A stretch of DNA of 42,899 nucleotides from NCBI GenBank assembly GCA_001275005.1, contig JWZX01002628.1:1-42899 (forward strand). Reading direction: 5' to 3'. The DNA is from Chrysochromulina tobinii. Lineage: Eukaryota. Under the pieces are notes generated by a model. It saw only the letters and a list, made by a program, of their open reading frames with translations. It searched no databases and was not told the origin of the DNA. This document shows, piece by piece, positions 33,108-42,899 of this stretch. Positions within the stretch are counted from its first letter, which is position 1. Each line of letters opens with the position of its first letter. The position numbers and the translations under genes were made by a program.

Positions 33108-34148
33108 TCAGTACTTCACTCCGCCAGGCGTTGTATACGGCACGGATTGCTGACGGACGTGGTCAGCCGTCCGATTTCGGGCAAGACGAGGACCTCGGAG
33201 CGATCCGCCGGACGCGAGGATGGCCTGCTCCCATAGATACCCTTGGTCTGGTTCTGCATCGGCTACGTCGCTCGACGCGTGCTCCCCGTGCACGCGACGC
33301 GTGAGCTCTTGGCGCAGCACCTCATTCTCGAGCCGGAGCTTCACAAACCCCTCGCTGAGCATCTCGTGCTCCTCGGCCAGCGAGTGCAGCGCCTCGGAGC
33401 CGCGGATCACGTCGTCGCGCAGCTGGGCAATCTCGAGGCTGAGCGACGAGCGCACGCTATCAAAGGTGCTCACAGCCTCCTCGATATCGGCGTCATGCTG
33501 GGCGGCCCGCACCTCTAGGCCCTCCGTGTACGCCTGGCGCTCGGCGGCCTCCTCGAGTGCAGATTCGTTGGTGAGCTTTGCGGCCAACACCTCGGCCCAT
33601 GCCTTGTCTCGGTCCGCTTCGACCTGCAGCAGCTCGGATGCCAGCATCGTGCGCAACGCCTCGCCTGCGGCGCGTGCCTCGTCGAGGTCATGCGCAAAGG
33701 TCATGCGTGCCTCGTCCGACGCGTGCACCACTAGGGCGGCAGACGCACAGTCCTCGAGAGTGGCCGCCGCTGACAGCAGGCCGCCTACGGCCACGAGGCA
33801 GCGCTCTATAGTCACCTGTTGCATGATGTCCCGCTCGTCGTACTTGCGGCCAAAAGGCCCGCCGTCCTTGACTTCAGCCTTGAGCAAGCGCGCCAAGACT
33901 GCGAGCTCTCTCTGTGCCTCGGCCCTCGCAGGAGTGTTGGCCGTGACCGCCTCCTGCAGCTTGTACCAGGTCCACTCAGCGGCATCCGCTTCGGATGAAA
34001 GCCGCCTCACCATCAACGATCTCGGAGACTTCTTCGACTTCGTGCGAGAAGCCGCTTTGGGACTGGAGCGGGGCGAGAGAGAAGGGTCCCTTCGCTTCGC
34101 TTCGCTGTTCTCGGTCCATCCTGTGGCTGATTGCCGCCGGCTCGCCAT
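33108..34148 (-). CDS. Hypothetical coiled-coil protein
   Basis: ORF from the ATG at 34148; heptad-rich (LEIAQLRDD, LRLENEVLRQEL). Confidence 0.6.
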   Translation of the reverse strand: MASRRQSATGWTENSEAKRRDPSLSPRSSPKAASRTKSKKSPRSLMVRRLSSEADAAEWTWYKLQEAVTANTPARAEAQRELAVLARLLKAEVKDGGPFGRKYDERDIMQQVTIERCLVAVGGLLSAAATLEDCASAALVVHASDEARMTFAHDLDEARAAGEALRTMLASELLQVEADRDKAWAEVLAAKLTNESALEEAAERQAYTEGLEVRAAQHDADIEEAVSTFDSVRSSLSLEIAQLRDDVIRGSEALHSLAEEHEMLSEGFVKLRLENEVLRQELTRRVHGEHASSDVADAEPDQGYLWEQAILASGGSLRGPRLARNRTADHVRQQSVPYTTPGGVKY

Positions 34149-34849
34149 TGAGGTCCACAAGCGTCACAAACTGCGAGGAAACGTGTGTTCGGACGTTACG
34201 AAAGAAGCACTCGGACGAAACGCACACGAAAACGGTGCGCCGCCGGCTTGCATGCAACCTTCGCAACCTCGACCTAGAAATACCGTACGTGTGAACAGCG
34301 GGAAACACATTTCAATGCACACGCACACCTCGGGTGTCGCGTGTGTCGCGTTAACGATCACACACACGAGACGATCTGGTTCCTGGAGGCACTCCGGATC
34401 GTCGAGCGCGTGTCAAATCTCAGAGGTCGTCCCCTGGCGCCTGGGACCTGCACCCAGGGCACAAACGAAGGAGTCTCACAGGAGACAGGAGGAGGAGTCC
34501 ATTAGTTCAGCCGAGGCTTGGAGTCAGAGAGGTGCCCAGAGGTGCCCAAGAGGCATCTGTGGACTCGCCCGGCGCTCAACATGGCGCTCAATTTGCGCCC
34601 ACGCCATAGGCGGCCGCGGATCGATCGGCGCGCGGCGCCTTTGGTAAAGTGGGCGATGCATTCTGCCCGCCCCAACTTTACGAGCGCAGCCCATCGCGAG
34701 GAGCGTCTCAATGAAGAGCGTCTCGGGCGCGCCGCAATGGACGGGGCGGGGGGGGAGCGCGGGGCATTGCAAAGCAGGCGGCGTCGTGTCGGGCGTCGCG
34801 AGGGCAGAGCGCGCGCAGGTGCAAGCAGCGCGGGCGTACCCTGATTCGA

Positions 34850-35521
34850 TCATCTGTTGCTCGACGATACCCCTGCCGCCTCCGGCCGCTCCTTTCGCCG
34901 CCGCCTCCTCCCGCCGCCGCCGCGGCCGCCGCCTCCTTTGGCCGCCGTGGCCGCCGCGCGTTGCCCACGCCGCTCGCGCCTCGCGCCGGGGGGCCTCCTC
35001 TTGGGCGCTCCATTGCGATAGACCTGCTGCTCGCACCGCTCGTGCTCGTATGGCGTCGTCTCGGGCTGCATATGCTCCCACGCAAACGAAAAGGCCGCCG
35101 GCCCCTTGAGGTTATGCACGAGCACCGAGCTGTTCGCAGGCGGCCGGTACGTGGCGCCGCCCCGCCGCTTGCGCTCCCCCTGCGGATGGCATGCAATGTC
35201 ATGCACGAGGGGCCCGATGTCGATGTAGTGCACCGTGCGAGGCGCTCGCGACACCATGTACCCGGTGCTCGTATCCTCAAACTTTTGCCATTGGAGCGTC
35301 TCGTGCTCCGGACCGGCGGCGTCGGCCACCCACTGGGTCACCTCGGCAGAGGTTGCGACGTGCTGGAGGAGGGCGGCGGAGAAGAAGTAGCCCGCGCCAG
35401 TGCCGTAGGGAAAAGGCAGCACCGCGCCGCGCGTGTCGCAGCTCTCCACATAGCCGGGCGTGCTGGGAGTACCGAAACTGGAGCCAAAGTTGTTGAGGGC
35501 CGCCGAGAGGTCCCACCCAAA
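34850..35521 (-). pseudogene. 5'-truncated paralog of the adjacent GT31-like glycosyltransferase (C-terminal half only)
   Basis: FGWDLSAALNNFG..CD..GAVLPFPYGTGAGYFFSAA..QWQKFEDTSTGY..YRPP..VHNLK aligns with the upstream gene. An in-frame TAA (35522-35524) directly precedes it, and no splice acceptor or N-terminal half is present. Confidence 0.7.
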
Positions 35522-35604
35522 TTATAAACGCTTCGCACGAGTGCGCGCTTCACAGTGCGCTGCGCAGTGCCCTGCTGTGGCGCGATTGAATCCGGTTTGG
35601 AGTG

Positions 35605-35720
35605 CCATATTAGGTTGCGCTTTTGTGCGGGTTTCGTCGCGCCCATATTAGGTTGCGCTTTTGTGCGGGTTTCGTCGCGCCCATATTAGGTTGCGCTTTT
35701 GTGCGGGTTTCGTCGCGCCC
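35605..35720. repeat. 38-bp perfect tandem repeat, 3 copies
   Basis: CCATATTAGGTTGCGCTTTTGTGCGGGTTTCGTCGCGC starts at 35605, 35643 and 35681. Confidence 0.95.
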
Positions 35721-37598
35721 AGTCAGCGCCCGTGCGCCTTCGGCCGCGACCCCTGCCGCGGCCGCTGCCACCCTCGGCAAGCGGCGTGGTGGCCTCGGCA
35801 GCGCTTGCCGGAAGCGAGGCCGCCTCTAGTCGAGGTCGTTTCCTGCCAAGGCCACCCCTGCTTTTGTAGGCTTCCTCGTGATTGCTGCTCAGTCGGCCGC
35901 GGCGGCGGATGCGCGTGCCTCCGTCGCGTGCGCACTGCTCGTGATCATAAAGCGTAGCCCCCTGGCCCATGGCGTGCGACGCATAGTGGAAGCCGCCGTG
36001 CTTGAGGTTATGCACGAACAGGGTCAGGTTACAGGGCGGGCGGTAGAGGCCGCCTCCCTTGGCCTTGAGTGCACCGTTTTTATGGCACACGAAGTCGTGT
36101 ACCCAGCGTCCGACATTGACGTACAGGATAGTGAACGGCGCGTAGCTGAGCCAGTAACCAGTAGAGGTATCCTCAAACTTCTGCCACTGGATCGCGTCGC
36201 GCGTGGGGCCGGCCGCTTGGCGTACCTGATGAGGGAGGTCACCAGAGGCCATCAGAGGTCATCAGAGGCCGAGCTCGGCGTACCTGATGAGGGAGGCCAT
36301 CAGAGGTCATCAGAGGGGCCAGCCGCTTGGCGTACCCAGTTGATCACGGCCGCGTCGGTGGCCACCCATCGCAGCGTCGCCGCGCTGAAGACATAGGCCG
36401 CACCCGTGCCGTACGGGAACGGCGGTACGGCACCGAGCTTGTCGCACGGCGGGAAGTAGCTAGGGCACGGGAACGAGGAGCACGGCTTTCCAAACGTGGC
36501 GCCGTAGTTCACGAGCGCGGCCCCCACACCCCATCCGAAGCCACATCGGTCGTTGCGCACACCCGTACTGCGCGCCTGCGGCACCACTCCAGCCCAATTG
36601 ATGGCCCCTATGAAGAGGTGTTCCTTACAACGGAGCTGTGCTCCGAGCGCCACGAGCAGCGCAAGGTTGGGCGCAGTGTCATCGTCAATCTTGCCCACAT
36701 ACGGCACGTGCGGCAGCATGCGCGCCGCGTGCTGGAAGAATGCGTACTGCTTGAACGTCGGCATGCCGCGGCCCAGTCGTGTGAAGTTGGAGTAGGCCGT
36801 CTTCGCTGTAATGAGCGCACGTGTCTCGGGCACATCGAGCAGGAGCAGGTCAGCATGCGCGCCCTGCTCCGCGATGAGCGCGGCCGTCTCATCGGCGGGG
36901 CCGTGCGCGGAGAGCAAGAAGCACGCGGCGACGCTGCGCCCGTAGGCAGCATGCGCCATCCACGACGTCCGCGCAGCATCGCGCCGTCCGCTGCCTGGCG
37001 ACAGCGCCGTCGTCGGCAGGCCGAGCAGGATGAGCAGCCCGTCGTCGAGCGAGCGCGAGGATGAGCCGCACCGAAGCGTACCGCGCGGCAGCCGCGTGAG
37101 AGCGCCGGCGCTGGCCTCGCGCAGCCGCGTCCGCAGCAAATCGCTGTCGGCCAGCGGTGCAACGAGACGAGTCGACGTCGTCCCACGAAGTGCGCTCGAG
37201 GTGAAGCTTTCGCCAGGTCCGTCAATGTCCGCAGGCAGAGCCACAGTGCGCTCTGAAGTGGACGTTCGATGATCGAAAGCTGCGCATTTGGGAAGCTTTC
37301 GCTGAGCGTGTGCCGCAGCGTCAAGTGAGAAGTCCTCGCCTCGCATGGGACCGTTGAGGTCAACGGACGGGTAGCGGCGCGAGAGCGCCTGCGAGAAGCA
37401 GCCCTTGTAGTCGCGGTTCGGGCACAGCGCTAGGAGCAGAGACACGTTGACGTTCTCACCCATGGGCACATTCGGCAGCTCGCGCAGCGGGCGGTCGCGA
37501 GGGTGTGCCATGGGCACACCAGCTCGAGGTTTGACGCGAAGGGTCAGCAGTGTGAAAGAATGGATGGAAAGAAGGGCGGCCAACAGCGCGAGAGCCAC
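35686..37598 (-). CDS. GT31-like (beta-1,3-galactosyltransferase-type) glycosyltransferase; exons 37598-36336 and 36225-35686
   Basis: N-terminal signal anchor, RRDAARTSW, EQGAHADLLLLD, YVGKIDDDT (DxD), PFPYGTGAAYVFS and FEDTSTGYWL. Removing 36226-36335 restores INW|VRQAAGPTRDAIQWQKFED, colinear with the paralog. Confidence 0.85.
36226..36335 (-). mobile_element. Double Introner-like intron (52 nt + 58 nt units, head-to-tail)
   Basis: Minus strand reads GTACGCCAAGCGGCTGGCCCC-TCTGATGACCTCTGATGGCCTCCCTCATCAG|GTACGCCGAGCTCGGCC-TCTGATGACCTCTGATGGCCTCTGGTGACCTCCCTCATCAG, followed by exon GTACGCCAAGCGGCCGGCCCC. Confidence 0.8.
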
Positions 37599-37826
37599 AA
37601 GCGGCGCCCGTCTCAGCGCCTCAAAAAACTAGTACCGGTACTGTACTGTACTTTCCTAATGAAGCACATTTTGAAACGCGTCACAGTGAGCGCGCAACGC
37701 GTCGCACCCATAACACAGCGCAAGCGTGTTGGAGGCCCTGCAAGAGCGGCACTCTCCGTCACAGAAAAAAGTTGGGCACCTGGTCAATCGAATTGACTCG
37801 CCCGTCATCGTTCGAAAAAAAGAAGC

Positions 37827-39221
37827 ATGTCCTGTTCAAGCTCCGTGTTCGACTCTGCCGGACAGTGGATGCCTTCGTCGCAGGCTGATCACTTTGCAGG
37901 CTGGACGTGCCCATTGTGGGCAAGCAGCAAGCATGGATGTGCTACTGAACTGAACCGTACTCTTGCACGCCGGTGGAAGGTCGCGGGCTGTCGAGAGCGC
38001 AGTGCAATCGATGTGCTCACGCAGATTGGAGCACGCCATCGCGCCATTTTCTTCGTCGGAGATAGCCAGATGCCGGATCTGCAGGAGGCTTTTGTTTGTC
38101 GCGCTCTTGCGGAAGCGGGGCGGCAGGGCACGCCTGCCAGGCTGGTGAACCTCCGGCTTCAACCGCCATGGCACACGGAGATTTGCACCCATAGGCGCAA
38201 CAACGTTACCGGCAATGTAACGGTGACCGTTCGCGCGGATCCGTCCGAATGTTGGTGCGACGAGATTTTCGTCAGTGGGCTCAACCTGGTCGCTTGTTAC
38301 GTTCGTGCCAACACTCATGTCGCAGATGTCGCGACGGACCTTGTCTCATCAGGGATTGCACGCGCAGGCACTGATGCCATCGTGATGAACGAGGGACTCT
38401 GGCACCCGAACACTGCGGGGAATGTGGGCTATCTTTCCGAGCTACTCGCGATCATGCAAGCACCCGGGCCCTTGCGTGATGGTGGCGTGCAGCTCGTGTG
38501 GCGGGAACTCTCGCCTCAGCACTTTGATATGGCTGGTGGCTGGTTCAAGCCGTGGAAGTCTATGTCATGGTCGCGCCGCTGCGTGCCCAACAGAGAAAAG
38601 CGCCATGTGGTGCGCGAGTCTTTGCTTCATCAGCTTGACAAGCATATGCCCGTCGTCTTTATTTGGAACATGACCGTTTCGCGGTGGGACAACCATCTCG
38701 ATCATATTAGACAGACTTACCAGACGGTGGCACAGCTGGCCAAAAACTCCGCCACGGGCGTGCTGGCTGGCAGCAGCAGGTTAGGCCCTGCCGCAGACTG
38801 CAGCCACTATTGCCAACCATCGGGCGTGCTGGAGGCGTGGGTCGACGCACTGCTCAACGCGCTCTGGGGGCACCCAGTTGGCGCACGGCGAGTTGGAAGG
38901 ATTGGCGCGTGGCACGGCCTAGGCGCATCGCCAGGACCGTCAACGCACTGGCAGCTTGCTGGCGACCTGCACGGCAATCACAGCTCGCAACTTGGTTCTT
39001 GTGCGTTGCTTGAGCCCGTGCGGTCTTGCACGGAATTTTCGACGAGTCCTCGTGCGTGCGTGTCGAAGCGTATCGATGGGACGCTGGTCCCCTGCGAGTA
39101 TGAGCCCTCACGTCGGGTCGACTCGAAAGCCACCATCGCGGCGTGCCGTAAAGCACGCCAGGCCTCCGACCTGTGTACTGCGTTGCAGGGCATTCATCTG
39201 CTGGTGAATCGAACGGCTTAA
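37827..39221 (+). CDS. Trichome-birefringence-like / PC-esterase (SGNH) polysaccharide O-acetyltransferase
   Basis: WKVAGC, IFFVGDS (GDS), VMNEGLW, VWRELSPQHF and DCSHYCQPSG (DxxH). Confidence 0.8.
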   Translation: MSCSSSVFDSAGQWMPSSQADHFAGWTCPLWASSKHGCATELNRTLARRWKVAGCRERSAIDVLTQIGARHRAIFFVGDSQMPDLQEAFVCRALAEAGRQGTPARLVNLRLQPPWHTEICTHRRNNVTGNVTVTVRADPSECWCDEIFVSGLNLVACYVRANTHVADVATDLVSSGIARAGTDAIVMNEGLWHPNTAGNVGYLSELLAIMQAPGPLRDGGVQLVWRELSPQHFDMAGGWFKPWKSMSWSRRCVPNREKRHVVRESLLHQLDKHMPVVFIWNMTVSRWDNHLDHIRQTYQTVAQLAKNSATGVLAGSSRLGPAADCSHYCQPSGVLEAWVDALLNALWGHPVGARRVGRIGAWHGLGASPGPSTHWQLAGDLHGNHSSQLGSCALLEPVRSCTEFSTSPRACVSKRIDGTLVPCEYEPSRRVDSKATIAACRKARQASDLCTALQGIHLLVNRTA

Positions 39222-39653
39222 TCTTTATCGAGAGTGAATGAGTGATGTGAAAAATACGCTCTTCGACTCGCTATAGACGCTATAGTATGCATGAGTACTC
39301 ACCCTAGATTGTCACTAGAGCCGCGGCTCCTGTCCTGCCCCTGCAAGCTCTATTAATCCGCCTACCGCGGTCGGTACGGTCGGATAAATATTCGCTGTAC
39401 GGTACCCATGACGGTACCCGAGTATCCATGATGTCGCTATCTCAAACGCGCATCGTCGGCGCCAGACCCTCTCTTGTACCGTACAGCCGTAAACTGTGTC
39501 TCGTTGGTGCGCGGCGGGAGAACGAACGGTCGTGCTCTCACGGATACTTCATACGCTTTCTTGCTCAAGACTCTTGAAGCGAACTGACTGTTGTTGTATC
39601 TTGTAAGGTGGAGATGTTCCGCGCCGTACGTGCTCTCGCCATTGCTGAGGACC

Positions 39654-39715
39654 ATGCCCCCCATCATCAGGTCAAGCGCCGTCAATGCCCCCCATCATCA
39701 GGGCAAGCGCCGTCA
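39654..39715. repeat. 31-bp tandem duplication
   Basis: ATGCCCCCCATCATCAGG(T/G)CAAGCGCCGTCA at 39654 and 39685. Confidence 0.85.
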
Positions 39716-40057
39716 CACGTGCACAGAGGCGGCGTGGCTGTGGCCCCTGCTCAGCACAGCAGGCGGCCCTCTCCGATCATTCGTCTGCGCCTCCGTATGC
39801 GCTGCCACCCTCTCGCGCGTATACCCGAGGAACGGCACTCTTTGGCGTGCCGAGACGGCGCGAGCGCTCGTCCCGGACGGTGGCGCGAGTACGCCCGCCG
39901 CATCGGAGGATGCAACATCGAGCGTCGTGACAGTTGGCACGCGATTCGGCACGACCTCGGACCTTGAGCGGCTGGAGCGTGGCATGTCGACGCTCGGCAC
40001 AGCCCCCCCCCTCGGATATTGCAGCGCCTGTGTGAGACGCGTCGCTTCCGCGCTTGC

Positions 40058-42899
40058 TCAGTGTGGGGCTACGGCGGATGGCTGCTGGTTGGACTCTCGA
40101 GCTGCCGGCACACGAGGCGCTCGCCGACGAGCCCACTGTCGGCGGTGTGAACGCATCGCCCGCGGCAAAGGGGGCTCGTCTGTCGGCAGTGGCGCCCATC
40201 GTTGTGGTGGTGGTGGTGGCTGTGATGGCACGGCTGCTGCTTCTCTTGGGCGCTGAACACGATGTTCGGGTGGTGGGAGACGCTGGGCCTGAGGCATCGT
40301 GCTCGTCACATCGGCATGCGGCAAGTCAGGGCGCGCCGACGCCCGATGGAGGTCCACCGACGACCTTCGAAGCTCATGGACGCCTCCGTGACTGGAGAGC
40401 ATGCGCGACGGTGGTGAGTGTACATCAGATGAGCGGAAGGTCGTAGCCGCGGGGCTCCAAGCTGGCTGGACTGCTGGCTGGACTGCTGGCTCTGGTTCGA
40501 TAAACCACGCGACAACGAACCAGTGGCGGCCGCTTGCAATGTCGTGGAGCGCTTCCAATGTCACGGTGTTCACGATCATGATGTGGACACGGCCGTGTTC
40601 GTGCGCTTGCTCAAGGGTGCGCTGGAAGTACGCATGCCATTGGTTGAATGAACCTGGGCCAGCGAGCCACGATGGATCGGTATTTGGCGCGTCGGGGTTG
40701 TGGAGGGTGACGAGCTTTTGAACTTCGGCCGTCTCCAGAAATTGGCCGATTGACGTATCGCGAGTGTGACCGAGCTCGACGTTTCGATCGGCGACGTATT
40801 GCTTTTGGTTTGGGATTTGCGCGCTGGCCATGTCCATCATTGTGAATTTGAGGCCCTCGCGGCGGAGGGAGCACGCCCACGCTGCACTCAGGTAGCCACT
40901 CGCGTTTGGGAGCTGGGCCTTGTTGAAGAGGGTGGTGGGGGTGAGGCCAGCAGACGCCATGCAATCGGCCGACTCGCGAGAGCCGCTGCTCGACATGAAA
41001 TCCATGACAATGAAGCGACCAGCCCGCTGTGGCAGCGTTCTTGAGCTGCCGGCACGCGAGGCGCTCGCCGACGAGCCCACTGTCGGCGGTGTGAACGCAT
41101 CGCCCGCGGGAAAGGGGGCCAGTCTGTCGGCAAAGGGGGGCAGTGGGCTCCAACCCGGACTGCTGCTGAACGATCGGCCAGAGGCCCCCTGGCTACTTGG
41201 CGAGCGATAGGATTGACTCTTGTACGTGAGGAGCTGCCCCCTCAACTCGCGGAGCAACGGCAGAGCTCTGGAAGGCGAAGGTCGCGCGTTGGGCCGAGGA
41301 CGACCGGCCAGCGCAGCGAGGCGCAGCCGGCAAAGCAATGTGTGTTTGAGTCGCCTCGGGGGCGTCGCAGGGACGATCCTCAGCAAGACAAGCGACCGCC
41401 ACAAAACCTGCCAGAGACCCACAGCCACCTCGCGCAGCGGCGCATCGGCTGGCGCCTCAGGTGGCGCTTCGAGCACAGCGTCTGCCATCGCTCGCCAACG
41501 GATGACGAGGTGCTGCAGCCGTTGACCGCGGCGGCTCATCCTCAGCCAATGAGCACGTACGCGCCGGTACACCGAATCGCCGCGCGACCGGCGCAATCGG
41601 TGCGCCTCAAGCCACCGACGCGCGTGTGTTTGAACAACCGACTCCGCGAGCGAGCGCATGTGGGCAAGCTTGGCCTCTACTGCGCGCCCGCGTACGGCTC
41701 GCCTGTGCGCGGTCATGCGCACTCCCCTTTGCAGAGTGGTCGCCGCCCTCGCCGCCCGCTCCAGGCGCGCCGCCTTCAACGTGGCGGCCAAATCACGCTT
41801 CATCTTGCGCACCTGCAGCGTGCGGCGCACAAGGGCCTGTAACCGCGTCGCCGCCGCCTCGCGTTCCTCCGCTGCGGCGTACGCCCGCTTCCGTGTCCGC
41901 TTCGCCAGCAAGGAGCGTGCACTCGCTTGCAGCGACACTGCCGCCGTCGTCTCCTGCGCCGCACGTTGCGCCATCTGCGCCTTGCGCTGCTGCTCGATGT
42001 TACGGCAGCGTCGGCGGATCAAGCACCACAGCAGCATGGATCCGAAGAAGGCCAACGCGAGCAGTACGAAGAAGAGAATGTCGGGAAGCGGCGGCGGCAG
42101 CCCGAAAGGGCAGTTTTCAAAGACGAGGCACGAGGGGGGAGTGGGCGAAGGTAACGCGAGCAGCTGCGACGTCTGCCGCATCACCACCGCACTCGTAAAC
42201 GGGCCCTCGAGAGCGTCCACAGTGAGCACGGACGTGCCGGTGTAGTGAACCCCGATAGCGGCAGAGAGGCTTTGGGGGGTCTGCGCCGCCAGCACAACGT
42301 CGTAGTTTGTTGCCACGGTGCGGTTGGGCGCGAAGACGACGGCTGTGGCACGCACGGAGGCTGGCTCCACCCTTAAAGTCACCATCAGAGGGGCGGTACC
42401 ATCGCTTTGAAGGATGCCGAGAAGAGCCGCTACTCCTTTTCGAAGGGCAAGCCGCTCAGAGTCGCCAAATTGCTCGACAGTCAACGACTGGAGCAGCATG
42501 ACAATATAGACGTCGTAACCTTCGTAAGCACGCCCTGGCGGTGCGGGTGGCCAAGAGGGTGGCGAAGGAGGTGTCTGGAAGGGCGAGGCAGGTGGGCTCG
42601 ATGAGGACGGTGGTGGCTGCAGCGGCGGCGGCGGCGGCGGTTGGAAAGTCAGCGGAGATAACAGAAAAGGACTGCCCAGCGGTGGCGGATGGTGTGGAGG
42701 CAGCGACGGGGGCGACGGGGGTGCTGAGGGTGGCGGTGAGGGTGGAGGTGGCGACGGCGGCGGCGAGGGCAGCGGTGGCGAGGGCGGCGGCAGCGAGGGA
42801 GGTGATGGCAACGGCGGTGGCGGCGAGGGCGGCGGCGGCGAGGGTGGCGGCGGCGAGGGCGGGGGCAAGGGCGGCGGCGAGGGTGGCGGCGGCGAGGGT
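40058..42899 (-). CDS. Extensin-like SPPPP surface protein with TM helix and IQ motifs, fused to a peptidase-like segment; 5' end lies beyond the window
   Basis: SPPPP repeats, TM ILFFVLLALAFFGSMLLWCLI and IQ-like motifs SLQASARSLLAKR, RLQALVRRTLQVR, TLQRGVRMTAHRR and VVQTHARRWLEAH. Confidence 0.7.
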   Translation of the reverse strand, partial: PSPPPPSPPPLPPPSPPPPSPPPPSPPPPLPSPPSLPPPSPPLPSPPPSPPPPSPPPSAPPSPPSLPPHHPPPLGSPFLLSPLTFQPPPPPPLQPPPSSSSPPASPFQTPPSPPSWPPAPPGRAYEGYDVYIVMLLQSLTVEQFGDSERLALRKGVAALLGILQSDGTAPLMVTLRVEPASVRATAVVFAPNRTVATNYDVVLAAQTPQSLSAAIGVHYTGTSVLTVDALEGPFTSAVVMRQTSQLLALPSPTPPSCLVFENCPFGLPPPLPDILFFVLLALAFFGSMLLWCLIRRRCRNIEQQRKAQMAQRAAQETTAAVSLQASARSLLAKRTRKRAYAAAEEREAAATRLQALVRRTLQVRKMKRDLAATLKAARLERAARAATTLQRGVRMTAHRRAVRGRAVEAKLAHMRSLAESVVQTHARRWLEAHRLRRSRGDSVYRRVRAHWLRMSRRGQRLQHLVIRWRAMADAVLEAPPEAPADAPLREVAVGLWQVLWRSLVLLRIVPATPPRRLKHTLLCRLRLAALAGRPRPNARPSPSRALPLLRELRGQLLTYKSQSYRSPSSQGASGRSFSSSPGWSPLPPFADRLAPFPAGDAFTPPTVGSSASASRAGSSRTLPQRAGRFIVMDFMSSSGSRESADCMASAGLTPTTLFNKAQLPNASGYLSAAWACSLRREGLKFTMMDMASAQIPNQKQYVADRNVELGHTRDTSIGQFLETAEVQKLVTLHNPDAPNTDPSWLAGPGSFNQWHAYFQRTLEQAHEHGRVHIMIVNTVTLEALHDIASGRHWFVVAWFIEPEPAVQPAVQPAWSPAATTFRSSDVHSPPSRMLSSHGGVHELRRSSVDLHRASARPDLPHADVTSTMPQAQRLPPPEHRVQRPREAAAVPSQPPPPPQRWAPLPTDEPPLPRAMRSHRRQWARRRAPRVPAARESNQQPSAVAPH
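40099..41132. repeat. 90-bp direct repeat pair (40099-40188 and 41043-41132) bracketing about 850 bp
   Basis: GAGCTGCCGGCAC(A/G)CGAGGCGCTCGCCGACGAGCCCACTGTCGGCGGTGTGAACGCATCGCCCGCGG... occurs twice with few mismatches. Confidence 0.9.

Noticed and set aside
33220..34647. Long antisense ORFs (also 597-1373, 1731-2534, 17401-18279, 18440-19630, 21316-22002)
   Set aside because: They are shadow frames of GC-rich genes on the opposite strand, Ser/Ala/Arg-rich and without motifs.
35605..35720. 38-bp repeats as a CRISPR array
   Set aside because: Copies are contiguous with no spacers; no cas genes; eukaryotic context.
1..42899. tRNA, rRNA or prokaryotic operon features
   Set aside because: None recognised; gene structure is eukaryotic.

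Overview
GC-rich, gene-dense eukaryotic nuclear DNA. Spliceosomal introns, a chlorophyll a/c LHC gene, plastid-type leaders and proline-rich surface proteins point to an alga, most likely a haptophyte (inference). Recognisable genes: an EXECUTER-like UVR+DUF3506 protein, a 1.78-kaa EF-hand/XK-related/decapeptide-repeat membrane protein, a MIR-less protein O-mannosyltransferase, an LHC protein, a flavin amine oxidase, an EKNW-type beta-propeller, a MORN protein, a SAM-MTase-like protein, a GT31-like glycosyltransferase plus a 5'-truncated paralog, a TBL/PC-esterase O-acetyltransferase and a Pro-rich TM/IQ protein. A probable retroelement lies at the left edge, and a TIR-bounded TGTCGAG-repeat element holds telomere-like repeats. 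The most striking signal is a family of near-identical short introns in two unrelated genes (13005-13100, +; 36226-36335, -). Each sits at G^GTAC, starts with a 13-21 nt copy of the downstream exon, continues as a (CTGATGACCT)n array and ends in CCTCCCTCATCAG. One is a head-to-tail double unit with a zero-length exon. This looks like a recent intron-generating (Introner-like) mechanism. All calls come from reading motifs by eye; no searches were run.
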